A DNA stretch of 46,625 nucleotides from Polymyxa betae A26-41 (lineage: Eukaryota > Protista > Endomyxa: Phytomyxea): positions 1-46,625 of the forward strand of contig RBZT01000765.1 in the NCBI GenBank assembly GCA_003693705.1, written 5' to 3'. Numbering within the stretch: position 1 is the stretch's first letter; each line of letters starts with the position of its first letter. Below the pieces are notes generated by a model that saw nothing but the letters and a program-made list of their open reading frames with translations, did no database searches and was not told the DNA's origin. A program made the position numbers and the translations under genes. Shown here piece after piece: positions 12,996 through 24,981 of this stretch.

Positions 12996-14182
12996 TTAAT
13001 GATCGGCGAACTCGTGGCTTTCTAAAGCGAGCAACGCTGCCAGCTTCCTGGCTTCGAAAATTGAATTAGCCGATGCTTGTTGTATGCATCGCCCATCGAC
13101 AAACAGGCCGATTTCAAACTCGTTCAAACCAAATCCGACCTTGGTCTCTTTCAGAATCCTATATTCAGGAAGGCCTAATTAGCAGTTTAGCGGATGAAAA
13201 GGGCTGCAATCGGCGATCGTACTGCGATATTTGCGTTGACACAATTGCTGAAGACGAGATATGGGATCCAGCGACGATTCTTCCGACTGATGTCGCCAAA
13301 GTTCCGGCATGATGCGTTCGGCGAAGAAGGGCGTCGTCAAGCCCTGATTCAGATAGACAGCACCGATGAATGCCTCCATGGCGGTGGCACGAATGCTTGG
13401 CAAACCCCTTGCCGGCATTTTCTTCGGGTGCACAAGATGCTCGTTTAGTGATAAGGTTGGCGATGTAAACGCTCGCGAAAGCGCATCGTTATTGATCATA
13501 GCGTATCGGCGGCAATGCATGCTATCTACAAATGGAATGAGCATGCTCAGTATTTCAAAGGTGGAAGGCAAACGTTTCAGAAACGCGAAGTAAATCGATA
13601 TAAAAGTTATTCGTTACTGGGTGCCATATTGCCGGTTGTTTGAATCAGATACGAGGCTGATAGGAAGGCGATCAGAGAGTCGCCCACGAACGCCAGACCC
13701 TTCCACGACAACATCAACGTGGCGTAGGAGCTCCATCCGGTAACGACCGCCTATACAGGTCTGTCACCTCACCAGTCGACAAAACGTTACACATGAGAAA
13801 CGTAAAAATCCAGTGACGATGGAAGTCTCGGACCGGACAAACGTTACACATGAGAAACGTAAAAATCCAGTGACGATGCAAGTTCTCGCACCGGATGAAT
13901 AAGCGCATGGGCGATGAACTCCGGATTGCATTTGTCCAGCCCCATGCTGTTAAGGTACGCCTGGAGACGATGAAGGTAACCTCTTGGAAGCGCAGATTCG
14001 ATAAGCGGACGGGGCAGCTTGACCGAGCTCGGGTCCATGTCTGGGTGTATGAAACAGCCAGCGCTGATTGGTACCGGTTCTGCTGGCGGGGTCGGGCTGG
14101 TGGGTTGTTGGCTCGGAATTGGAGAGGCGGCCGACGCCCTTAACGACGTCCATCGTCGTGTTAGAGACGATCGTAGCGCCAT
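12996..14182 (-). CDS. RNase III-fold + dsRBD protein, probably mitoribosomal mL44-like and catalytically degenerate
   Basis: Arg/Ser-rich acid-free N-terminus MALRSSLTRRWTSLRAS (presequence-like). RNase III motifs HALIHP|..WKGLAFVGDSL and RATAMEAFIGAVYLNQG. dsRBD DPISRLQQLCQ...ARKLAALLAL. Confidence 0.7.
13782..13895. repeat. Tandem duplication (period 57 nt) in intron 1 of the RNase III-like gene
   Basis: aaacgttacacatgagaaacgtaaaaatccagtgacgatg is identical at 13782 and 13839, followed by diverged tails (gaagtctcggaccgga / caagttctcgcaccgga). Confidence 0.95.
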
Positions 14183-15003
14183 TACAGCTGGTTTCAGCTG
14201 CGCAGTGATCGTTGCCGTAGTCAACAGGCTGGAAAACGAAACCAATCCGAGTGTGATTCTGTAGGCTCGTCAAAGTTTAATCGAACGTTTCTTAAACTCG
14301 ACTTGAATTCATTCAAGTTCGTTAAAACAGGAAGTGATGCGGACAGGACACGATGAAGCAAGATGTGAATAGAAGAAGTAACGTCACTCATCTATATGTC
14401 CTGGTCGCGATTCGATGCGGTTGCAGATGGAGCTCGATTAATTGAATCAAAACCCGTGATGGTATAGAACAGATTGGATCCTACGATTACCATCTCGTAT
14501 TCATTCACTATTATGATTACTTGATACGAATCGTGATCGATTACATGTGAAAGCCATTTCTGATCTACACCTAGTTGCTGATTTCTCACATTGGATCTGT
14601 GTTGCTGGATTTGATGCTGGTCCAGAACCTCGTGCATCACCTGATCGTCGCCAAAGAAATATCCCTCACGACTCTGTCTAATTTGTATCCGAACGTGCTC
14701 GTTTGTTCGTCAGCAATATTGAAGCAGTTTCCCAAGACGTGCTGCTTGATGAGTTTAAAATCAGGACCTAATAGCTCTGAACAGATTGATAAATACTAGT
14801 CTGCATTGATTAGTGGCGGCCGGTAGATCAATCCAACAAGAAGAACTTTCTAGGAGTGTATTTTAAGGGATAGGGAAGATGGATATGGTGGAACACTCAT
14901 TATCGAATGAACGATTTCTGAATAAATGAATACGATAATCAGAATGGAATAGAAACACGTCTTAAACAAAAATCAACGTGGTGACGGAAGAACATTTCAG
15001 TTT

Positions 15004-18000
15004 TCATAGCTGGCGCTCGATAAAGCAACGCTCTTTCAATCCAGCGAAAACCAGTCGAGCATGCCAGTCACGTTGCGAATTCGGGAATACATCCTCAATG
15101 TACTGCAATCAAACGTGAGAGAGATTCCAGAAACATAGAATGAATAGTACCTGAGCACAAGTATCACCATACTCAAGATGGTCCTTAATCTCAGTCCACG
15201 TCATGGAAGAGCTACAGCTCGGGCACACAAACAAGTTGTTCATATCGCGGTCACGCAGGACACTCTTACCAAGACGTTCGGCGATAGGAATCTTCCAATG
15301 CCTGAATCCAGGTCAGAACGGAGATAGAGTGAAACTGAATACGGAACACAGCGAGAGAACAGCACAGTTTCGTTTAGGAAATATTGGCATACCCGCTGTG
15401 CTCACGTTCGGAATGCTGTTTCTCGACAATTTTCTGGTAGCACATGGCATCCGATTTGATATGATCCAGACAGCCATCCCATTCAGGGAATTCTCGGCCG
15501 CAATCGGCAAAGCAGCGGTAACGATCACCATACGGATCGACGGCGCTCTTCTCCTGCAACAAACAAATTTAGCAGAGAGCAATTAAAAAGCGACGCAAAG
15601 AACCTGCTTCTTTTGGAATTCTTTCTCGATATCTCCGACCATCTCCCAGACAAAGCGTCGGCAAACGGAGCTGGTTTGCATGTGCGTCAACACTTTCTTC
15701 CAGCTATTGCGCATATTGCAGCGAATACAGACATATTTAACTCGGGCGCCTCCATCTTGGTAGCTGCGTTCACCGCCACCCTTCTTCTTGCACATTTCTC
15801 GAAGTCTGCAAACAAGTCATTTACCGCAACCTCAAAATTGGGAATCATTACAGACCGAGTCAAAACAGCAATATCAGTAATGTTGAGGTTATTGGATTCC
15901 TCAAATGTTCGCAGAACGACACCATCGGTATGGAAAGCAGTAGGTTCATGAACAACATCAGGCACTGCGGTCTAGACGGGATGTGAAAACCAAAACGAGA
16001 GTAAGCTGAATCAGACCTCAGCTTCGGCAGCAGCTGAAAGCTCATCAACAATCTCCAACTGGTTGGCCGGGGTAACAGAGGAGAACAATTCATCAATATC
16101 GATTAGCAATTGCATATCAGGCAGCTCCAGAGTTGTCGAGGAGTATTTCAGCCGTTGGAAAATCTCATTCGCAAGTGCCAGACGCTAAACTCACATATTA
16201 AAACATGCAGCAAGCACCATGAAAAAGGAAAAAATAAATGAAACAGAACTGTTGGCGAAAAAGAGCAAAGGCGAACAAACTAGAGGGAACTGACAGATTG
16301 GTCAATCTTGCGGCCCAGCCAATGGGCACATTCAATACCAACACAATGAAGAGCCAAGCAAAGCCATTCTTGACCTACGGAACGAAGAATGCCTCAGATA
16401 CAAAGACCCATCCACATAAGGAGCATCAACAGACCTTGAGGCAAAATCGTGACGCCTTCAACACGAGCCATATCACGTCCAGCAGAGAAAAACAGAATAT
16501 TGGAAGCAATAGCGAAGACCGGATGCTGGTTCAGGTTCAAGAACCCGACACCTACGGAATAGGACGGCTCAATACTACAGAAAAGCGCTGCAAACAGGAC
16601 CAAACCATCCAGTAGAGAATTTCGCGGCATTACAACTTTGGCATGGGATCCGGTGACAGATAGATCAGGAACAAGAGCCCAGGACGTTCGACATGTGCGC
16701 ACCTAAGCCAACAGACTCAGAGGGATTCAGTAAAAGTAGTGGGGCCAGTACCGGAATCTCAACTGTTTTCGTGCGGTCCGTACTAGAGGTAACTTTCAGA
16801 AGAGGAGCACCACGATATCCATTGCAAATGCTGGTCAGGACCTTCATACCAAGCCCAGTACAGTCCTGACATTACTTGGCAATCGGAATATGATGGCAAT
16901 TCAGAGCTGGACGAACCTGGACGAGTTGTGTGGTGGGAGCTGGAACATCAGCGAAGACGATGTATTCGGAAACGGCCGAATGTTTCTCGATCCATTCGGA
17001 TGATGCACCCAGTAGGGCGTGCTTCCAGCCATCACTAAGATCACAACGGCTTGTAATAACCTGCATTCAGGTCAAACCTGGCTAAATCGAGACAAACAGG
17101 GAACAGACCTCGGCGGTTGTCTTTCCCAAAAAAATGACGATACAAGGTTGGCGGACAGAGAAACGGACGTGCTTCCTGAAGTCCTTGTACTATTGAGAGC
17201 CATTAAAATGAATCATACGCAGCAGAATATGGACAGGTCGAACCAATTTGCTGCTTGGAATTGTGACGGTGCCGACAGTGACTTTCTCTCCAGTTTTCGG
17301 GTTTCGTTTGAGTGTAGCCGCGCCAGACAGCTGTTGGAAGATGTCATCACCACCCGTTATATTGAGCGTTTTCAAAATAACGATGCAAAGTTCAAATGCC
17401 AACGAAACCCGTGGTTGGCAATCAAACGAAAACATAACCTGCCTGTTTATCGAACGAGTTGGACAGGGCAGACCAATGTCGCGGAAGGCAGAACAAGGTG
17501 AATGATTTCACATCGGAATCTTCGAGCACGGCGACCTAAGCAAGGAATGAAATCCAGAGATCCAGCAGTTCAAGAATGGCAACGGACCAAATCGATTCTG
17601 AGATCGCGGAAGATGCGATCTAAGCTCCAGCAAGCAATAGGTTGCTGGACAGAGATCTTCTCTGCCAGAAAAACTCGAGTCTCAACTTGCTCCAGACGCG
17701 GTTTCAATTTGGCATTATTCTTGAACACATTGCGAATATCGGTGTCAGTAACAGCGCCACTGCGTTCGATCAGAACGGAATTGGGCGCCGACATCGGCCC
17801 TTTGCATCGCTCGGCACGCAGCACCTAAGATCGAAATAAAGATCCATGATGGAAGTTTAGCGAAACTCTACTTGATCGCTATAGGTCCAGGTGAGCAAAA
17901 GCCGAACGAACAATCTGCCTTTGGGATCTAGCTTCTGGCTGGTATCCAGATAGAGCTGCTCCTCGGGAATATTCAACTCTTTCGCGACACGACCCCGGAG

Positions 18001-21000
18001 ATGCTCGACCATGGCATGAAGCTGACGAATACGTATAGATGACAGACTACAAGAATGATTAGATTATGATTCGAACAAAGAAGGCTCAAATTAGTTGAAG
18101 ATTATGTGAAAATCGGCAGCTACAAGGATTGCAGACCTGTTTTCAAAAGCAAAACCAACTTGAGAAGGAGCTTTCACCCAATCCCGGTATAGCTCCAAGA
18201 TTGTCATCGACTCCGAAAGCATTCCGTCGTCATACTTGAACATCGATTTCATCACGGAGGTGACAATGTCGTTATACCTGCGACCAATAGTTACAAATCG
18301 CGCTGGAAGTATCAACAGCAGACAAACTCAGTGGGCGCATGAATAAGCGGCACCGCCAGACGATATGGACTGTGTTGCAAAGCAAGCGACATAACAATAA
18401 CGATGGCTTCCGCCATCATTCCCAATACGAACGAATCCGCAAGGAGACGACCACTGCGAACATCAATACCCAAACAGGACACGAAACGGCCCGCTTTTGT
18501 TAAAGAACCTGGGCAAATCCTTAGATCAAATATCAGCAACGTTAGCAAATGAAACCTTCATCGGATGGATGTTCGATCATGCGAAGGCGATACAGAGAGC
18601 TAAATGCAGCATGAATAGCGTCGAAAGAAGGCGGCTCAATAAGCGTCTCCAATAAAGGCATTACTGGAGCATCCATGATACTTCGCAATCGCAGCACTAC
18701 AGAGAGATAGAGCATTGAGCCAAAAATGGAAAAAGGAAAAACAAATCCTTACCAAGCTGATCCAATGGCTGTCGCTTTACTTCAGGCACCTAAAAGAAAC
18801 ATATGACGATCCCATATTATGGCATAGAATCACTGACCTCATAATCAGCAAAGCGCTCGTACATTGTCTCTGAATACAGACGGTAACAGACACCGGGACG
18901 TTTTCGACCAGTACGTCCAGCACGCTGGCAAACACTGAATCTTGTAAATTGCAAGGAAGTGATCGAATACCTGGACGGCACCAGATTTGGGGATCCAAGT
19001 GTTCACCAGCTGGGTCTGGTCGGAATTTCCAACTCGTTCGATCTGTTTGTGCGTTCCAAAGCAGATGACTACATCAATCGCTAAATAAATCCTCAAACGT
19101 CAAACGCCTAAGCCCAACCTGTATCGACGTCCGGAAGCGTGACTGAAGATTCTGCTGCATTTGTGGCGATGATAACCTTCAGTTCATGATCCCTGATTTT
19201 AATAAGATCATTGAAGAAAGATCTCATGACCTCAAACATATATCGCTCGTTAACCAATGACTGTGTAAATAAAGAAAAAAGGAAACTGCACATACTCAAC
19301 TTCCTTCCAAGCATTTTCTTGAGCAGAAAAAGGCAATTCCGAATGGATAGGAACAACCTACATTTGGAACATTCAGCATTGAGACAGACCAAAACAGTAA
19401 CAGATGGATGCCTTAAAAAAGATCTGTCCGGAAGTAGGAGCCTGTCGGGAAGCATTCAGTGCCTCAATCTGCTCAGTGAGGTCACAGATATCGCTCATGC
19501 CGCTGACAAAGATCAACACGGCAGCTTCAGAGCGACGCATTTGGGATGATCCTGAAATGGAAAGCGATAATGTGAGAAACATGAAACAATAATAATTGAG
19601 AAAAACTGGGTAGGAAAAAATACACCCACCCAGTTTTTGAAGAATTAATAAAGCAAGGTCGTATTGCAGCTTCGCAACTGTAGCCGGTACGACCATATTC
19701 ATATTCTGAATACTTCTGGAGCAGGCATCCATGAGCTGCGATACTTTAGCACTAATCGGTCTGCAGAAATAATCAGTAATGAAACATGGATAAGTCCGAA
19801 GACGATCTACGATGGCAGGTTGACTTTGGTGAATTCATCCAGATAGTTGATCTCGATAGGAAAACGGCGTGAACCGACGAAAAGGGTATTTTCCTAAGCA
19901 AATTTCAGCGCCGGTTTAACTGAAGGTTGTACCGACTGTGGGGACGCTGAAGTAATCGGCATACAGACGACTTTGAATCGTAGCGCTCATGACAATAAGA
20001 TGAAGATGCCGAAATTGAACCAAAAGGTGCTTTGCTAACATGCAAAGCATATCACTATTTCAAAATAAATACAAAACTTTTTTCAGGAAAACCCAGAGCA
20101 AATGCCAAATCATGATAAATTGCCTCAACTGGAGCTATTGGGAAGAGAATCCAAAACACATGCCTGTCAACAGAACGTTCGTGGACTTCATCAATAATAA
20201 GATGTGTGTGAAATTTGAATGATTTCGTGTTGTGAGCCATGTATTGGACCAGATAGCCGGATGTCACAAAGTAGATTCGTGTATCGTCTGTTTCAATGCG
20301 TTCTCCATGACCTGACACATTATCAATAGCAGAACAAAGATTACAAACACGACATTGTACCCATTCGAAGTCCATAGAGGTGACCGAAAGGCCCTTGTTG
20401 CATATGCTGATACAATGCACTAGCAGCCATTCGCCTTCGAAACCCGATTCAGTTGAGAGCAGCAAACCAGATAAGCACAAAAGGCAGAAGTAAAGATGGG
20501 ACGATAAAATTTGGGCAAATCGACCTCGGTTGGGAAACAAACATTCGACATTCGCGTCCAGCCATCTGCTCAGATTCCCAGATCATCTCGGGGATACGAG
20601 TACTTTTACCACAGCCGGTCTCTCCCTTCAGGTATATAAGCGAGCGGCAGCGCTATCCTCCATCTTTTCCTACCTGAACGATCGTGACACGATGATTGCG
20701 AATATGGTCGAGGATGCGCTGACGATGCTTATCGACCGGCAGCATGTCACCCGACATTGTTTCCGGAGCCGTCATGGCGAAGGCAGCTGGAGATTACAAC
20801 AGGGATATTACCAGCGCGAGAGACCCTGCGCCTTCTAGCTTAATGATGACAGACGATGATAATGTTGATAAACAGTGGACAATAGTGCAAATTTAACGAG
20901 CAAATGACAATGTTACGACTACACACTGACATCCTGAAATTCGCGCATTTTTAAGCGCGACCTTCATGTGATTCAGGTCGGATGCGACCATCGTATTAAG

Positions 21001-24000
21001 TTCCATCCCCGACTCGCAGCAGCGCTTTCTGGCAAAATGATGCTTTTGAAATTATAAGCACATTGCAGACCAGATGATAGGAATTCTGCTTGAACAATGC
21101 ATAAAGCGAAGATCTGGAGATAATAACATTATTGTATTAGATTACAGCAGCTCGAGCCGTCGAGCTCTTGCTAGAGACTGCTGCAGAGTCTTGCCCTGAA
21201 TATGAGAAAGTGCTAGATTCCTTAACGCGATGGGCTCCATTTTACTAAGGGCACCAAAAGTCATCAAGAGGCAACATGAAAAGAACCAACATCACTGCAA
21301 ATTCTCCAAAAGCAAATTCGAAACCAGATTGAATTTTGTTCGAAACAGAAATGAGACTATGGGCACACGCTAACCTTAAGAAGTTACCCGGTATGGTATC
21401 GTCCTCAACAGGCCTTAGAGCTTCACGCAGGTGTCGATCTTGACGCCATGTCCAATCATCGTCATCATCATCCCGAAACCTCGGCTCGCTTTCGCCACTC
21501 TGACATTCACTCAGCAATGAATGTTATTCCCAAATATGATGACAACGAGTTCTTCGGCAACCTTCCTGGACGACCCTTCACCAGTATATTGCGTCTGCAG
21601 ATCCTCAGCATTAGGCTTGAATTCTGAATCGTCAGATGCGGATTCGTTATCGGCCATTTCCGCCCCCGGTAATGATTCGGATATCGATGGAGATTTGACA
21701 GAGTCGCATCTGATTAAACAGTTAATTTAGCAAGTCACCATAAGCTAGGTACTCAAACTTGAGAATGTGAACATCCTGAGAAGTGCCACAAACACTGGGC
21801 GACATCTCTGGCACATCAACAAACAGATCTCGTCTCGGAGCATTCGCGGGGTCGGATCTAAACCATTTCAGATAATAGCATAAAGGATTAAGCTTTCAAC
21901 CGTGAGTCGCCATCAGAGGCAAGGCTATGAGCCCTCGATAGAATTTCTGAGACGTTGTTGCTAACGGGACGAATATCTGGCAGAGATAGATCGGCATGCT
22001 CAGACCTACAAAACGGCCATTTTAGCATTCAGAGTAGAAAATCAATGCACCAATAGACCTCTGCGTTTCAGTTGCATCCACTTTTGAATTGAGAGGTACT
22101 GGCCCATGGATGGATAAGACGCCCCGGGAGGCAACGTCTATGCCCTCAGCTCTGCGCTCAGCGAGCGATTGGTTGCCATCAACTAGATCTATCGCCTTGA
22201 GGCCAGATTCTACTCCATGAAGTGCGACGCGTTTTGCAAATTGCTTCGCGGATTCGTCAGGGATGTCAGCGCTACAGAACACATTGAGTCAAAGTAAAAG
22301 CGAGAGAGCAAAAATTAAGAAACCTCTTCGGCCGTTCTGGTAGATCGCAAGCATTAAAAAATTTCGAATCGCTTCTAGGGGTTGCAGTTTCAAAATCACT
22401 CTGTCCATTCTCTGAAACGCTTGCAGCTGGCACAGCTGGATCTTTCGGAATGCCAGAAGGAGAGGGTATTGCACGGATGTGTTCGGTCCTGGCATGACGA
22501 TCAGATCATGTCTGAAGCGGCACTCCTCAAATGCATGAAAACGAAAAATTAGAAATAAGCAGAGAATCATTACGAATGAGACGGCACAGGAGCTGATCCT
22601 TTGACTGAAACCGAATCGTTCTCCGTTCCTTCAGGCGATGCTGCTGCTGATTCATCCTCGTCTTCATCGACCATAGCCCAGCTACGAATGGCAGTTAGAG
22701 AGTGAAATATAACGCTCACAAAAACACGATAGTGCCAAACTAAGGGATATCTCGTAAATGAATAGAAGAGTGACCTGCTCAAAGTGATGGCGCCTGGTTC
22801 ACGTTCTAAAAGGCAGCGCCGAGGCGCGATTGAGAAGTCCCAGGGCGAATCGTCAGGTTCGCGCATGTACTGGTCCTGGTCATACTGGCTTTCCACAGAA
22901 TCGCCCGATTTAGGCGACTGCTTGGAAAGTGCACCACCATCTGAACGTGGGATTTGCTCTCTTTCAGATTTTGAAGACGGTAAAACCGATTCGGCATGTT
23001 CTTGTCTGAGACGCCTGAGAGACAGCTGATTAATGCTTGAATCCAGAAACTCTGAATGAAACCTAAGAGATAAAACGAATATAAAAAACAACAATGACCC
23101 AGCTCTCCATTGAACAAGCATTGAAAACAGTTACAAACTCTTGAGAGGCGATAGGCTGTGGTTTAGGCTCAGTGGAAGTGGCACTTTGCGAAATCCCAGT
23201 TGAAGAAACGGATATAAGAAGGGGAGTGATGGTCTGGGCAGTCTGGCTTGAAGGTAACTGAAGGCCAACATTTATAAGGGCTGGCCTTCCGACTGGCCTG
23301 TAATAAATTGTAATCAGAGCTATATAGGAAAAGGCTTTGATTCTACAGATGTAGTGACGTTTTGGATTTGGAAAATAACAAAAACGTTGTTTGAAAAAAC
23401 CGAATGAGAGAACTATGATTGTGATTGAGCATCCATCAGAACGCGTGAGAATGGTGAATGGCAAACACAGGAAACGAGAACTGAACAACAGCAAGAGGAC
23501 ATACTTGTTTTCGTTTGATTCAACAGCCTGTTTGTTACCGGAATTGAGAGCACTATCAGCATCGCGGTTTTGATCCCTATAATGTCAGCATTTAGTCAGA
23601 TTCATATACAGCGACAGTAATTGGAATAAGCAGATAGCGTTGCTGTGACAGAACAAAAAAACGAAAGAAGCGAAAAACAACATGATAAAGAGGAAGCATA
23701 CAGGCGAGTTTTCACAGAAGAGGTTACAGATTCTTGTTTACCAACAAAAGCTGAATCAGCATCGGCGCCATAAGGATGATTGCTATCAGCATCGTCCTCA
23801 TAACCGGGTTCAAATCTATGATGATCGGTCAACTGCATTTGAAAAAATCATTGTTACACAATATACGAGTCCATTTCCATCGGGCATCCCTCGGATTCAG
23901 TGCTCTCGTCATCAAGATTGTCATCGTCGTAAGAGCCGTTTCTGCGAACCTTCTTTAAGAGAAAAATCGAGTATGAAATTAAGACTGTTACTTGCTGGCG

Positions 24001-24719
24001 ATAGGCGGTATCTCCCGAGGCCTTGCTGAATTCTCAGGAACGGCTTTGCTGCAAGAAAAGAAAAAAGAACGTTTCATTAGCTCGAAAAGCTTATGCTTTC
24101 AAACGAAAGACTTTTGCAAACTTCAAACTAAGAGCCCTTTAACAATTGAAAACTGAGCTTACTGGCCAGAAGCAATTGATGGCTGTGGAATAGAGCTTCT
24201 CTCTTCAGGCGGAAGAGCGCCTTTGCCCTCAGGTTCCATTACTTCATCTTCATCACTACATAGGTCGATCTCAATCACGTCATCATCGCTATCCGTTAGG
24301 ATTTGGACACCCGGAACTAAATCATCCCTGATTGACAGTTTAGATCTCTTTTAACGGAAGAGAGCTGGGACGCTGCTGCAAAACAACCTCATCACTTGTG
24401 TGGATTCGGTATCGTCGTCACTGTTCAGAACGATTGGTTCGTTTTTAGAGCCTGAAGTATTGCAATTTTATAAGCATCGATTCCACAATATTGCTCAATT
24501 AATTCAGAATAAAAACCCATCGTTTCGGAAGAAAAACAAAAATGCAAAAGTCGCTCTAATTTTGATTGGTCGACCTGTGTTTTGGTTGACGGGAAGAACC
24601 ACAGCATCGTCATCTACGTGACAAATAAATACATGCAGATACGGCCCCGATGAAAGCCAACCTTCGCTGCTGGATTCGAAGGACAAATTGACAGCTGTTG
24701 TTGACGTCCAATGCCCCAT
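15004..24719 (-). CDS. DExH (DEVH)-box RHA-family RNA helicase, Spindle-E/TDRD9/plant DExH8-like, with C-terminal zinc-finger-like repeats and a probable long acidic N-terminal extension
   Basis: LPVDKHRQRILDHIRNHRVTIVQ|GETGCGKST (motif I), SQPR|RMAA (Ia), VTSGYL, IIDEVHERSVD (II), VMSAT (III), VLIFVSG (IV), IIATNAAESSVTLPDV (V), QRAGRTGR (VI), HA2 region (LTKAGRFVSCLGIDVRSGRLL...). The core 15004-~20800 is secure; attachment of the low-complexity exons ~20900-24719 and the start codon are inferred. Confidence 0.85.
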
Positions 24720-24981
24720 CAAGCCAGCAATGGCTCACCAGGCTGGATTTCTGTCACGAAATATTTTTTCGGAGATTTTTCACAAACCATCGTCAGCACA
24801 GCAAATGTTGAGATTTGCTGATACAGAGAGAAGCCCAGCGATTCCTTCTCTATCCAGTCTGAATGTAATAAACATTGTATTTAAATTCGATTAACAAGCC
24901 AGCTTCTTAATGACAGGTCTTGAAATTCGTAATAACCAGATTGAAGCCTTGAAAACATTCAGGCAGCCTCGAGAAGGAGGA

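Noticed and set aside
14390-14860. Minus-strand KVLLVGLIYRPP, reminiscent of a LINE AP-endonuclease motif
   Set aside because: Single short motif followed by a stop; no GDFN, SDH or RT motifs found in frame.
12996-24719. RNase III + helicase neighbours as a split Dicer/RNAi cluster
   Set aside because: The helicase is RHA-type rather than Dicer/RIG-I-type, and the RNase III protein looks inactive and mitochondrial.
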